62,694 bases of DNA, taken from Pseudobdellovibrionaceae bacterium. GTDB lineage: Bacteria > Bdellovibrionota > Bdellovibrionia > Bdellovibrionales > UBA1609. A program made the position numbers and the translations under genes. The notes beneath the pieces are model-generated. The model did not search any database. It was not told where the DNA came from and was given only the letters and a program-made list of their open reading frames with translations. The stretch lies in assembly GCA_030591685.1 (NCBI GenBank), contig JAUVAX010000011.1, positions 1-62,694 on the forward strand, written 5' to 3'. Positions 22,612-30,916 of the stretch are shown in pieces. Position 1 is the stretch's first letter. Each line of letters begins with the position of its first letter.

Positions 22612-24285
22612 ATGAAAGCAGTAATAATTTCAGCAGCAGCAATACTTGGGCTCACATTATCATTAAGTGTGATGGCTAAAGAGCTTACCCCTGAGTTTGT
22701 ACCCGGTGAGTATGTGGTTCAGCTAAAGGACCCATCAATGCTCAATCAAAAAGTGATGACTCAAAACATGGGCGAAAATGGAATGAGGGTCATTAACAAA
22801 GAAAAGGGAATCCTTTTAGTAAAGAGAAATTTTTTAGAAACTCACACCTATTCGCTTTCAGCGCTGAACGAAAGTTCATACATTGAGTATGCTGAGCCAA
22901 ACTATATATATAGAGCCTCTGATTTACCAAACGATCCACTTTTAGATCAGCTTTGGGGTTTAATTAATCGAGGTCAGGCGGTTTCAAATTCTGGAACAGG
23001 CGTCAGAGGTGTTGATATAGACGCCGAACGAGCTTGGCAAATAGCTACGGGAAGTAAAAACGTAGTTGTTGCCGTCATAGACACGGGGGTTGATTATACG
23101 ATTCCAGATTTAGCTCCTAACATGTGGCAAAATCAAGCTGAACTCAATGGAGAAGAGGGTGTTGACGATGATGGCAACGGTTTTGTCGATGACATTTATG
23201 GATATGATTTTGCAAATAGCGACGCAGACCCGCGTGATGATCATGGTCACGGCTCACATTGTTCAGGAACAATAGGGGCCAATGGTAATGATGCTAATGG
23301 TGTTGTTGGTGTAAACTGGAATGTTAGCATAATGGCTCTGAAGTTTTTAACGGCTTCAGGGAGCGGGACACTTGAGGGCGCGATTAAATCAATAGACTAC
23401 GCCACAGAAAATGGCGCTCATATTATGAGTAACAGTTGGGGTGGCGGCGGATTTTCAAAAACCCTTGAGGATGCGATCATAAGAGCTAACGACAAGGGTA
23501 TTTTATTTATTGCAGCGGCGGGAAACCATAAAGCCAACAATGATGCTCGGCCCACTTACCCTGCAAACTATGAAGTGCCAAACGTAATGAGTGTGGCGGC
23601 GATTGATAATAGTGGTAAGCTAGCAAGCTTCTCTTGCTACGGAAAAGAAACGGTACATCTTGCTGCTCCTGGGGTTGAAGTGCTAAGCACAACGCCTGAT
23701 GGGTTTAAGTCATGGTCTGGTACATCTATGGCGACCCCGCATGTTTCTGGAGTTGCAGCGCTTGTTTTAGGAAACGAACCCGGTTTATCGATGCTTGAAA
23801 TTAAAGAGCGACTGATCAGAACAGCACGACCAATTGCTGGGCTAAGAAATAAAGTATTTACGGGCGGAATTGTAAACGCCTACCACGCACTAACGAACAC
23901 GCAAGCTCCCATTGATCCAAATGACCCCTTTTATTGGGCCAGGGAAGGCCGCTCAATCTCTACAGAGCATCCTTACTCTGATAGCATAAGCAGAAAATGG
24001 GAAATCACCGTAGAGGGAGCGAAAAGACTAGCCCTTCACTTTTCAAAGTTTGATACAGAGAGTGGTTATGACAAAGTAACGTTTAAAGATGTAGAGGGGA
24101 ACATACTTGGTGTAATGAGTGGGAAGAAAGACGATTCATTTTCACCGGTCGTAATTGGCAATACAATGATTATAGAGTTCGCTACAGATAAAACAACGAC
24201 GCGATATGGTTTTGATATTGATCAAATTGCTGTAGATGCCGAAGGCAATGAGTCGGAATTAAAAGTAAAAATAATAGAACTTTAG
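22612..24285 (+). CDS. Secreted S8 (subtilisin) serine protease with C-terminal CUB-like domain
   Basis: Signal peptide, propeptide (YAEPNY), triad VIDTG / HGSHC / GTSMATPH, CUB-like LHFSKFDTESGYDKV. Confidence 0.95.
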   Translation: MKAVIISAAAILGLTLSLSVMAKELTPEFVPGEYVVQLKDPSMLNQKVMTQNMGENGMRVINKEKGILLVKRNFLETHTYSLSALNESSYIEYAEPNYIYRASDLPNDPLLDQLWGLINRGQAVSNSGTGVRGVDIDAERAWQIATGSKNVVVAVIDTGVDYTIPDLAPNMWQNQAELNGEEGVDDDGNGFVDDIYGYDFANSDADPRDDHGHGSHCSGTIGANGNDANGVVGVNWNVSIMALKFLTASGSGTLEGAIKSIDYATENGAHIMSNSWGGGGFSKTLEDAIIRANDKGILFIAAAGNHKANNDARPTYPANYEVPNVMSVAAIDNSGKLASFSCYGKETVHLAAPGVEVLSTTPDGFKSWSGTSMATPHVSGVAALVLGNEPGLSMLEIKERLIRTARPIAGLRNKVFTGGIVNAYHALTNTQAPIDPNDPFYWAREGRSISTEHPYSDSISRKWEITVEGAKRLALHFSKFDTESGYDKVTFKDVEGNILGVMSGKKDDSFSPVVIGNTMIIEFATDKTTTRYGFDIDQIAVDAEGNESELKVKIIEL

Positions 24286-24303
24286 TTTTTGAGTGAAAAA
24301 ATA

Positions 24304-24334
24304 AAAAAAGGCCGCTGACTTAGCGGCCTTTTTT
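24304..24334. terminator. Bidirectional intrinsic terminator
   Basis: AAAAAAGGCCGCT-GACTT-AGCGGCCTTTTTT between convergent genes. Confidence 0.92.
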
Positions 24335-24338
24335 GTTT

Positions 24339-25220
24339 TTAGTCAGAGGCTTGAACCTCTTTGAAAAATTTCTCAAGGCGAAGGTTTACATACTCGGGCA
24401 AATCAAGCTGCGTGCAGTGTGAACCATAGGGCATAAAGCTTATCTGTGAGTGGGGTAGTTTATGGTGAATATCCTCTTGGTGCTGCCTTGGAGTGATACC
24501 ATCTTTTTGTCCACTAATAATTAAACAAGGCACTTCGATAGCCTCTAGTAAGGGCTCTCCATTAAAGTTCATCATGTCATCAAAGAGGCGCAAGAAGGCC
24601 TTTAGATCCATTTCAGAGATAGATTTTAAGTAAATTTCAATGTCCTTATAAGAAGTAAGAGAGAGGTTAAACCCCCCAGCTAAAGCACTGAGTGTTCCCG
24701 ACAGGGGGTTGTTAATAATCATTTTCCATAAATGCGACGTCGTTTCAGGAAGAAGATCAAAGCTTCTCTTAAGTGTAGTAAAGGCTTTTTCAGGCAAACG
24801 GCTGCCAAACATGTCTTGCAAAGGGTTTTTAACAAAGCCGTTAATAAAAGTTATGGATTTGAAATCATTTGGATTAAGTTGATAGGCTTGAGTAAGGACC
24901 TGCGCACCGTAGCTGTGCGCAATAAAATGAGCCTTTTCAATATTGAGGTGTTTTAAAAGCTCATGTAGGTCCCTTGCAATGGAGCGGATATTTAAATTTC
25001 TGTAATTAACGGGAACATCAGATTGATTGTGGGCGCGGTAATCAACGAGTATAACCTGATATTTTTTTGAAAAAAACTTTGTTTGATAGGTCCAGTGATT
25101 AAATAAACACCCAATCCCATAGACAAAGATAAGTGGTTCGCCATGTCCTCGAACCTCATAATATATACGGGTGTCATCAAAACTTTTAAAGGCACCCGTT
25201 TTTTTTATAATTCTATTCAT
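24339..25220 (-). CDS. Alpha/beta fold hydrolase
   Basis: DYRAH, nucleophile AHSYG, SGQKD, GSH. Confidence 0.9.
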   Translation of the reverse strand: MNRIIKKTGAFKSFDDTRIYYEVRGHGEPLIFVYGIGCLFNHWTYQTKFFSKKYQVILVDYRAHNQSDVPVNYRNLNIRSIARDLHELLKHLNIEKAHFIAHSYGAQVLTQAYQLNPNDFKSITFINGFVKNPLQDMFGSRLPEKAFTTLKRSFDLLPETTSHLWKMIINNPLSGTLSALAGGFNLSLTSYKDIEIYLKSISEMDLKAFLRLFDDMMNFNGEPLLEAIEVPCLIISGQKDGITPRQHQEDIHHKLPHSQISFMPYGSHCTQLDLPEYVNLRLEKFFKEVQASD

Positions 25221-26146
25221 GACTGTATTTGAACCTCAATCTCTGTTTCACCAATTCTTATAATATCCCCTGTGTTTAATATTTCGGAGGACAGGGGCTT
25301 TTCATTTAGAAAAACTTTTTCAGGGTGGTCGGTTTGAATTTGTGCCCCATTTTTTGTTGGCGCGATTGAAAAGCTCTTTTTGGGGGCATCAGGTTCAAAA
25401 AGGCTCAATTGCAGGACTTCTGAGCCAGCGACCCTTGGACCATAGCCAAGAGTCCAGTGGGTTCCTGTTTGTACCCCGCGAAAAAAAATGAGTTCAATGA
25501 CATCATCAAAAGCAAAAACGGGGCGGGGTGAGGTTTTTGGAAAAAACGTATTTTGAATGAGTTCTGCGAGCGCCTCAGGCCACTTTAGGGGGGTAAGGTT
25601 AATGGCCGTCTCATATTTGGGTTCAAAGTTGATGCGCTTAAGATCAGGGTTTGTTTCGTCTAATGCAGGGGCATTTACAATAGCGGAGGATGTCTTCTCG
25701 CTTGAGTCCGAGTAGGGATTTTTGGTTACAGAAGTCTCAAAGTCCTCATTAAAGGGAGGAGTGGGGGGAAGTGTCCCCGTATGGAAGGTCTCTTCATTTT
25801 TATGGGCGGGCGGGTCGCCTACGGGTGGGGGCGTCGGCGAGAGGCTACTTTTGGGCTTTTGAGCTAAGACTTCAAAATGTGTACTGCCAATTTGAAAGCG
25901 CACCCCTGGAGAGAGGGCGATTTTGTCGATTTTTTTACCAAAAACCTTAGTTCCGTTTCTAGAGTCATTATCTTCAAGTACCCACTTTCCAGACGGTAGT
26001 TTTGAAACTTTAGCATGAACACTGGAGACGTTGGGGTCTTTAAGGTTAATAAGGGCCTTTCTTCGCCCGAAGCTAAGCTTGTCGACAAGGCGTATAATTT
26101 GGCCCTTAAGGGGCCCCTCAGAGACTTTTATAACCCATTTACTCAT
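25217..26146 (-). CDS. FHA-domain protein (FHA, Pro-rich linker, degenerate second FHA-like domain)
   Basis: FGR, VSSVHA, LED.DSRNGT; C-terminal LN...L.TGDIIRIGET. Confidence 0.85.
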   Translation of the reverse strand: MSKWVIKVSEGPLKGQIIRLVDKLSFGRRKALINLKDPNVSSVHAKVSKLPSGKWVLEDNDSRNGTKVFGKKIDKIALSPGVRFQIGSTHFEVLAQKPKSSLSPTPPPVGDPPAHKNEETFHTGTLPPTPPFNEDFETSVTKNPYSDSSEKTSSAIVNAPALDETNPDLKRINFEPKYETAINLTPLKWPEALAELIQNTFFPKTSPRPVFAFDDVIELIFFRGVQTGTHWTLGYGPRVAGSEVLQLSLFEPDAPKKSFSIAPTKNGAQIQTDHPEKVFLNEKPLSSEILNTGDIIRIGETEIEVQIQS

Positions 26147-26281
26147 ACATTAATAATACTCTAACCAAAGGTAAATACTATGTTTATGGGGGCTTTCTGG
26201 CCTAAGGGGCGAGGCTCAAGAGGCCCGAATTACGCAGTGTTTTGTGTGCCTGATTATTCATCGTCTCAGGACACAAATCCC

Positions 26282-26310
26282 TTGTCTGACGAACAGGGTC
26301 ATGCTAGATC
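26282..26310 (+). promoter_or_regulatory. Possible sigma70 promoter of rpsF
   Basis: TTGTCT-N17-TAGATC with a TG extended -10. Confidence 0.35.
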
Positions 26311-26335
26311 CTTAACATTAAATTGAACAATAAAA

Positions 26336-26390
26336 ATCACCTTGCTCTTCATTTTTGCCTAGAAGGGCTACAAAACCATAAGGATAAAAA
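26336..26390 (+). ncRNA. S6:S18 ribosomal protein leader (S6S18CBM)
   Basis: CCTT (26340) pairs with SD AAGG; inner stem GCTCTTC/GAAGGGC; unpaired CCA just before TAAGGA; same layout as the E. coli rpsF leader as recalled. Confidence 0.75.
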
Positions 26391-26834
26391 ATGGCTGTTG
26401 AGACAACAAATATTAATAATTATGAAAGTGTCGTCATTCTTGACCCAACCCTCACAGAAGAAGATCAAAAAGCGTTTTTTACGAAAAACAAAGCTATAGT
26501 TGAGAGCTTCGAGGGCCAAATAAATCACATTGATACTTGGGGGCAAAGGTATCTTGCCAACAAAATAAATAAACTAAGCCGAGGAGCTTATTTTCATACA
26601 ACCTTTACCGCCAATGGTGAGTGTGTAAAAGAGCTCGAGCGTACGATGAAAATTAACGACAAGGTCCTTCGCTACGTGCATGTCCGTCTTGATAACCGCA
26701 TGTCTATTGAAAAGCATTTAGACAGATATAAGGACATCGTCTTAGAGTCTAAAAAAAGAGCAGAAGAACGCGAAGCTAAAATGCAGGCGCGTAAGGCTGC
26801 GGGTAACAAAAAATTTAGAAAACCATCTCGTTGA
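26391..26834 (+). CDS. rpsF: 30S ribosomal protein S6
   Basis: YESVVILDP, WG.R.LA..I.K...G.Y, ELER..KI...VLR; basic C-terminal extension. Confidence 0.95.
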   Translation: MAVETTNINNYESVVILDPTLTEEDQKAFFTKNKAIVESFEGQINHIDTWGQRYLANKINKLSRGAYFHTTFTANGECVKELERTMKINDKVLRYVHVRLDNRMSIEKHLDRYKDIVLESKKRAEEREAKMQARKAAGNKKFRKPSR

Positions 26835-26846
26835 TAAACTATAAAC

Positions 26847-27776
26847 TTGAAAGAAGAGGGACCCTTGAGCACCGTGCGTTCTAAGACTTTGCCGTCTATA
26901 ATTTTAGTATTAGTAACTGTTTTTATGGCCTCGCTTTTTGGCGTGGTTGCAGCGGCACCGGTTCGAGTACTTAGGTTGTTTTTTGGCCAGAAATTTTTTT
27001 GGTCCCTGTTATTTTTTTTAGTTTCAATATTTGCCATCTTTGAACATTATAGTCTGGCGATCACCCTTGGGACCCTGGCTGTTTTAATGGGGAGTTTTGC
27101 TGAGTTTGAAAAAAACGGAGACCACCTCTACAAGGCCAGCATTTGTTCGCTATTAACAACAACAACTTTTTTGTTAATAACCTTAATGGTATGGATTTTA
27201 GTAAAGGGTAAGGGCTCTTTGGCCCTTCTGCAAAGCCTCGTTTTTAAGTCTTTTGAACCGGTAAATGCACTATATATTAAATATAATGGGTCTGAATTAT
27301 TAACTCCAGAATTAAAAAAAATAATAACCATACAGTCGCCCTCTATAATTATAACGGCATTGATTGTGTCTTTGTTTTTGGGGTTGGTTTTAGATCGGTA
27401 CTTTTTTAACTTAGTTGGTCTTAAGAATAAAAGAACACAGCACTCTTTGGTACTGTTTCAGCTGAACAGTGCTGTTATTTGGACCTTTATATTTACCTTT
27501 TTGGGCAGCTTTTTTGAGACGAGCCTCCCCTATGTTAAGGTCATTTCAGTAAATATTTTTAATGTATGCATTGTGCTTTTATTTTTTCAAGGGCTAGCGG
27601 TGCTAGGACATTTTTTCGCAACATATAGAGTTTCAAAGATTTGGCGTGTGTTATGGGTTTTTATGCTGGCGTTACAGCTGCCCATTGTTTTAGGTTTTAT
27701 AGGTTTAATGGACTACTGGCTTAATTTTCGTGGGCGTTTTGCTAGGCACGAGGCTCAAGTTCGAAGAAGCCAATAG
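26847..27776 (+). CDS. DUF2232/YybS-family membrane protein
   Basis: Multi-TM, FFQGLAV and GLMDYWLNFR motifs; between rpsF and rplI; start uncertain. Confidence 0.85.
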   Translation: MKEEGPLSTVRSKTLPSIILVLVTVFMASLFGVVAAAPVRVLRLFFGQKFFWSLLFFLVSIFAIFEHYSLAITLGTLAVLMGSFAEFEKNGDHLYKASICSLLTTTTFLLITLMVWILVKGKGSLALLQSLVFKSFEPVNALYIKYNGSELLTPELKKIITIQSPSIIITALIVSLFLGLVLDRYFFNLVGLKNKRTQHSLVLFQLNSAVIWTFIFTFLGSFFETSLPYVKVISVNIFNVCIVLLFFQGLAVLGHFFATYRVSKIWRVLWVFMLALQLPIVLGFIGLMDYWLNFRGRFARHEAQVRRSQ

Positions 27777-27794
27777 TAAAAACAGGAGAGAAAG

Positions 27795-28238
27795 ATGAAA
27801 GTTATTTTAAAAAAAGACGTAAAAGACTTGGGCAAAGCCGGGGATATAGTGAACGTTAAGCAAGGCTTTGCGAGAAACTTTTTATTTTCGCGTAACTTGG
27901 CAACTGAGGCGAGTGAAAAAAATGAAAAACAAATTTTACATTTAGGTAAGTTGGCCGAAAGCCGAAAGAAAAAGGCCGTTTCTGAACGAAAAGAGCTTGT
28001 AGCCAAGCTCGAGGGCGTTACGGTAACTTTTTGTGTTGCTGCCGGCGATGCTGACAAGCTTTTTGGATCAGTAACAAATTATGATATCGCAGAAAAATTA
28101 TATCAAATGGGGTATGAAGTAGATAAAAAAGATATCTCAATTGAGCCTATTAAAATGATCGGTCAGTTTAAGGCTGTAATTAATTTAGGTGATGGTGCAG
28201 AAACTGAGCTTACAATTTCGGTTGAAAGACAGCAGTAG
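27795..28238 (+). CDS. rplI: 50S ribosomal protein L9
   Basis: MKVIL.KDV..LGK.GDIV.VK.GFARNFL, KLFGSVT. Confidence 0.98.
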   Translation: MKVILKKDVKDLGKAGDIVNVKQGFARNFLFSRNLATEASEKNEKQILHLGKLAESRKKKAVSERKELVAKLEGVTVTFCVAAGDADKLFGSVTNYDIAEKLYQMGYEVDKKDISIEPIKMIGQFKAVINLGDGAETELTISVERQQ

Positions 28239-28251
28239 TAAGTCATCTTTA

Positions 28252-28288
28252 AAAAAAGCCACGCGTTTTTATGAGTGATGGCTTTTTT
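28252..28288. terminator. Probable bidirectional terminator
   Basis: AAAAAAGCCA...TGGCTTTTTT inverted repeat between convergent genes; inner stem imperfect. Confidence 0.65.
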
Positions 28289-28475
28289 AGTAAATCTCTC
28301 GAGCTTCAAGAAGAACTTCTTGAAGGTAGCTAGCGATTACCGTGCGCAACTCCTCTATGGTTAGGGTGTCGGCCTGAAAGCCCTCCTGCTCTAACCGCTC
28401 AACTAACTTGTTTTGAATGAGCTCTTTGGGGAGCCCGGTGGCCTCGCAAACCTTTGTTATTAAATCTGTTCCCAT
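28287..28475 (-). CDS. Small acidic helical hypothetical protein
   Basis: 62 aa, strong AAGGAGG RBS (CCTCCTT at 28481-28487 on +), amphipathic helices. Confidence 0.8.
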   Translation of the reverse strand: MGTDLITKVCEATGLPKELIQNKLVERLEQEGFQADTLTIEELRTVIASYLQEVLLEAREIY

Positions 28476-28655
28476 TTGTCCCTCCTTAGACGTAGGTGCT
28501 TAATAGTGTGACAAGCACATTGGATCAGTGGGTTAGTGCTGACTCAAGAAAGAAGGGGGCAAACATAAAAATCTAGACGTTTATAAGGTAACAGGCACTT
28601 ATTTTTTTGCTAGAAGCGCCTTAAGCATGGGTTTTTAGGTCAAAAAACAGGGGTC

Positions 28656-30113
28656 TTAGCTGCCAGGGGCAAAGTTTTTTGGCCCCTTGGGTCCAGGAGA
28701 GTATTTTTGAGCCGAAGGGTTAAATGAGGGCTTAGCACCGGCTTTTTTTGAGGGGTACTGGTTTTCAGGCGGCGGCGGGGTTGGGCCGAGGTTTCGTTCA
28801 GTAAGGTTGTCAAAAATACCATACTCAGGTATCCACTTGAGCCGAACATTTCCCGTGGGCCCGTTTCGCTGTTTACCAACAATAATTTCGGCGATTCCTT
28901 TTATGTCAGGATTATCGCGGTCGTAATAGTCTTCCCTGTAAAGCATCATTATAATATCAGCATCTTGCTCTATAGATCCGGATTCACGTAAATCTGAAAG
29001 CATTGGTCTGCGGTCAGTACGGCCCTCTACACCTCGGTTTAACTGAGCCAGGGCAATAACAGGGACTTTAAATTCTTTAGCGATAGCTTTAAGGGTCTTT
29101 GAAATCTCAGCTACCTCTCGCTCTCGGCTGTCGACTTTTTGTTTTAAGCTCATAAGCTGCAAGTAATCAATGATGACCATGTCAACACCCACCTTAGAGC
29201 TCATACGCCGTAATTTTGAGCGAATATCAAAGGGACTTATGCCTGAGGTGTCATCTATAAAAATTTGAGTTTCACTAAGGGCTGCGGCTGTATTAATAAG
29301 CCTAGGCCAGGCTCTTTCATCAATAGAGCCGACGCGTAAGTCTGAGAGTTGAATTTTAGCAGCAATAGCAAGAAGACGAGTCATAACTTGCTCTTTAGCC
29401 ATTTCAACAGAAAAGTAGGCGACTTTCTTTTTTTCCTTCAAACAGGCATTTAAGATAAGGTTTAACGAAAAGGCTGTTTTACCCATGGAGGGCCGGGCGG
29501 CAATGATGGTCATTTCGCCAGGCTGAAACCCTGCCGTGAGGTTGTCTAGCTCAGCAAAGCCCGAGGGCACCCCTGTGACCTCATCTTGGCTGCCATAGAG
29601 CTCTTCGAGCTTTTTGAGGCTTGATTTAACAAGGTCTCCGGCCCCGACAAGCCCGCCAGAAAGGTTGTCCTGAGCCACGTTAAAAATATTTGATTCAGCA
29701 GTGTCAATGTACGACTGTATGTCTTCGAAGTCCTCAGAGTATCCAGTGTCGGCAATAGTTTGGCCCACAGAGATGAGTTTTCTTGTCGTTGATTTATCAG
29801 CAATAATTTTAGCATGACTAATAATATTAGCGGCTGAGGGGGTTTGGCTGACAAGTTCCGCAAGGTAAGAAGGGCCGCCAACCTGTTCAAGCTCACCCGC
29901 TTTTATGAGTAAATTCGAAACGGTAAGAAGGTCTGAGGCTTGGTTTTTGTGATTAAGCTCTCTAATGACATTAAAAATTTTTCTGTGAGCGGGCTTGTAA
30001 AAATCCTCAACGTTAATGATGTCGCTAATTTCATCCCAAGCCTCTTGCTCAAGCATTAAGCCGCCGAGAACAGACTGTTCAATTTCTATATTACTTGGTG
30101 GTACGCGTTCCAT
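28656..30113 (-). CDS. dnaB: Replicative DNA helicase DnaB
   Basis: EQSVLG, AARPSMGKT, IIDYLQL, QLNR, DLRESGSIEQDAD, KQRNGPTG; Pro-rich tail. Confidence 0.99.
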   Translation of the reverse strand: MERVPPSNIEIEQSVLGGLMLEQEAWDEISDIINVEDFYKPAHRKIFNVIRELNHKNQASDLLTVSNLLIKAGELEQVGGPSYLAELVSQTPSAANIISHAKIIADKSTTRKLISVGQTIADTGYSEDFEDIQSYIDTAESNIFNVAQDNLSGGLVGAGDLVKSSLKKLEELYGSQDEVTGVPSGFAELDNLTAGFQPGEMTIIAARPSMGKTAFSLNLILNACLKEKKKVAYFSVEMAKEQVMTRLLAIAAKIQLSDLRVGSIDERAWPRLINTAAALSETQIFIDDTSGISPFDIRSKLRRMSSKVGVDMVIIDYLQLMSLKQKVDSREREVAEISKTLKAIAKEFKVPVIALAQLNRGVEGRTDRRPMLSDLRESGSIEQDADIIMMLYREDYYDRDNPDIKGIAEIIVGKQRNGPTGNVRLKWIPEYGIFDNLTERNLGPTPPPPENQYPSKKAGAKPSFNPSAQKYSPGPKGPKNFAPGS

Positions 30114-30222
30114 AGGGCCCTCGTAAAAAATTAATATTCAAAAACGAATGCGGGCCTGTTGCCAGAAGAGTCTTAAAATTAGCCTGCCGATGCAAATACT
30201 TGAAGCTAAAGCATAAAAATTA

Positions 30223-30525
30223 TTACGACTTTAAGTTGCGAACCTTAATTTCGTAAGAATCAATTTTCTTTTTTAAAGTGTTTCTATTAATGCCAAGCAT
30301 AGTGGCCGTTTTTACTTGGTTTCCGCGGTTGGCCAAAAGAGAAAGCTCAATAAGCGGTTTTTCAACCTGCTCCATAAAGACTTTATAAAAACCATCAATG
30401 CTGACTTGGGTTTCATTTTTTTGATCAAAAAAAACTTCAAGTTTGCTTTTAACAAGCTTTTCCAACGAAACGTTTTGAAGATTAGCTACGAACAAATGAT
30501 TGGAATTATTTAAGCTTGAATCCAT
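30223..30525 (-). CDS. fis: Fis-family HTH DNA-binding protein
   Basis: VEKPLI..L...GNQ..TA.MLGINRNTLKKKI; 100 aa stand-alone. Confidence 0.85.
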   Translation of the reverse strand: MDSSLNNSNHLFVANLQNVSLEKLVKSKLEVFFDQKNETQVSIDGFYKVFMEQVEKPLIELSLLANRGNQVKTATMLGINRNTLKKKIDSYEIKVRNLKS

Positions 30526-30916
30526 GAAGTAAAACCCCTTTTATTAAGTTTGATTGTAAAGAAAGAACTGAACCAAAAATTCTAATTCCCCCAAGCGATG
30601 AAAGAGTGTGTATACTTTTGCGGCAGCAATTGCAACCATGGTTTTGTGTTTTTTTTAAAAAAATATTGAGAGACATTTTAAAAAAACTTTCGGCATTGTC
30701 GTGCTGTATAATTCATAAGTCTAAGCGTGATATATGGACTTAATGAGCTGCGAAAAAACTAAAAGGGGGGCCGAGGCTCACTGCTGCGTGCAAAATAAAA
30801 AAGAATATTGACAAAGGTCTTATTAATGCAAGGGTCGGCCTTAACGTCAGCTCCACTTAGGTCAAGCTTATAAGTCAGAGCTTTCTCTTTTGTTCATTTA
30901 AAAATAAACTAAAGCG

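Noticed and set aside
28593..28611. Sigma54-like GGCAC...TTGC
   Set aside because: GG-to-GC spacing is 13 rather than 10, and it faces no gene start
30808..30813. TTGACA upstream of ftsK (and TTGACA-N17-TCTACT at 53118 before rho)
   Set aside because: No convincing -10 at proper spacing; too weak to call
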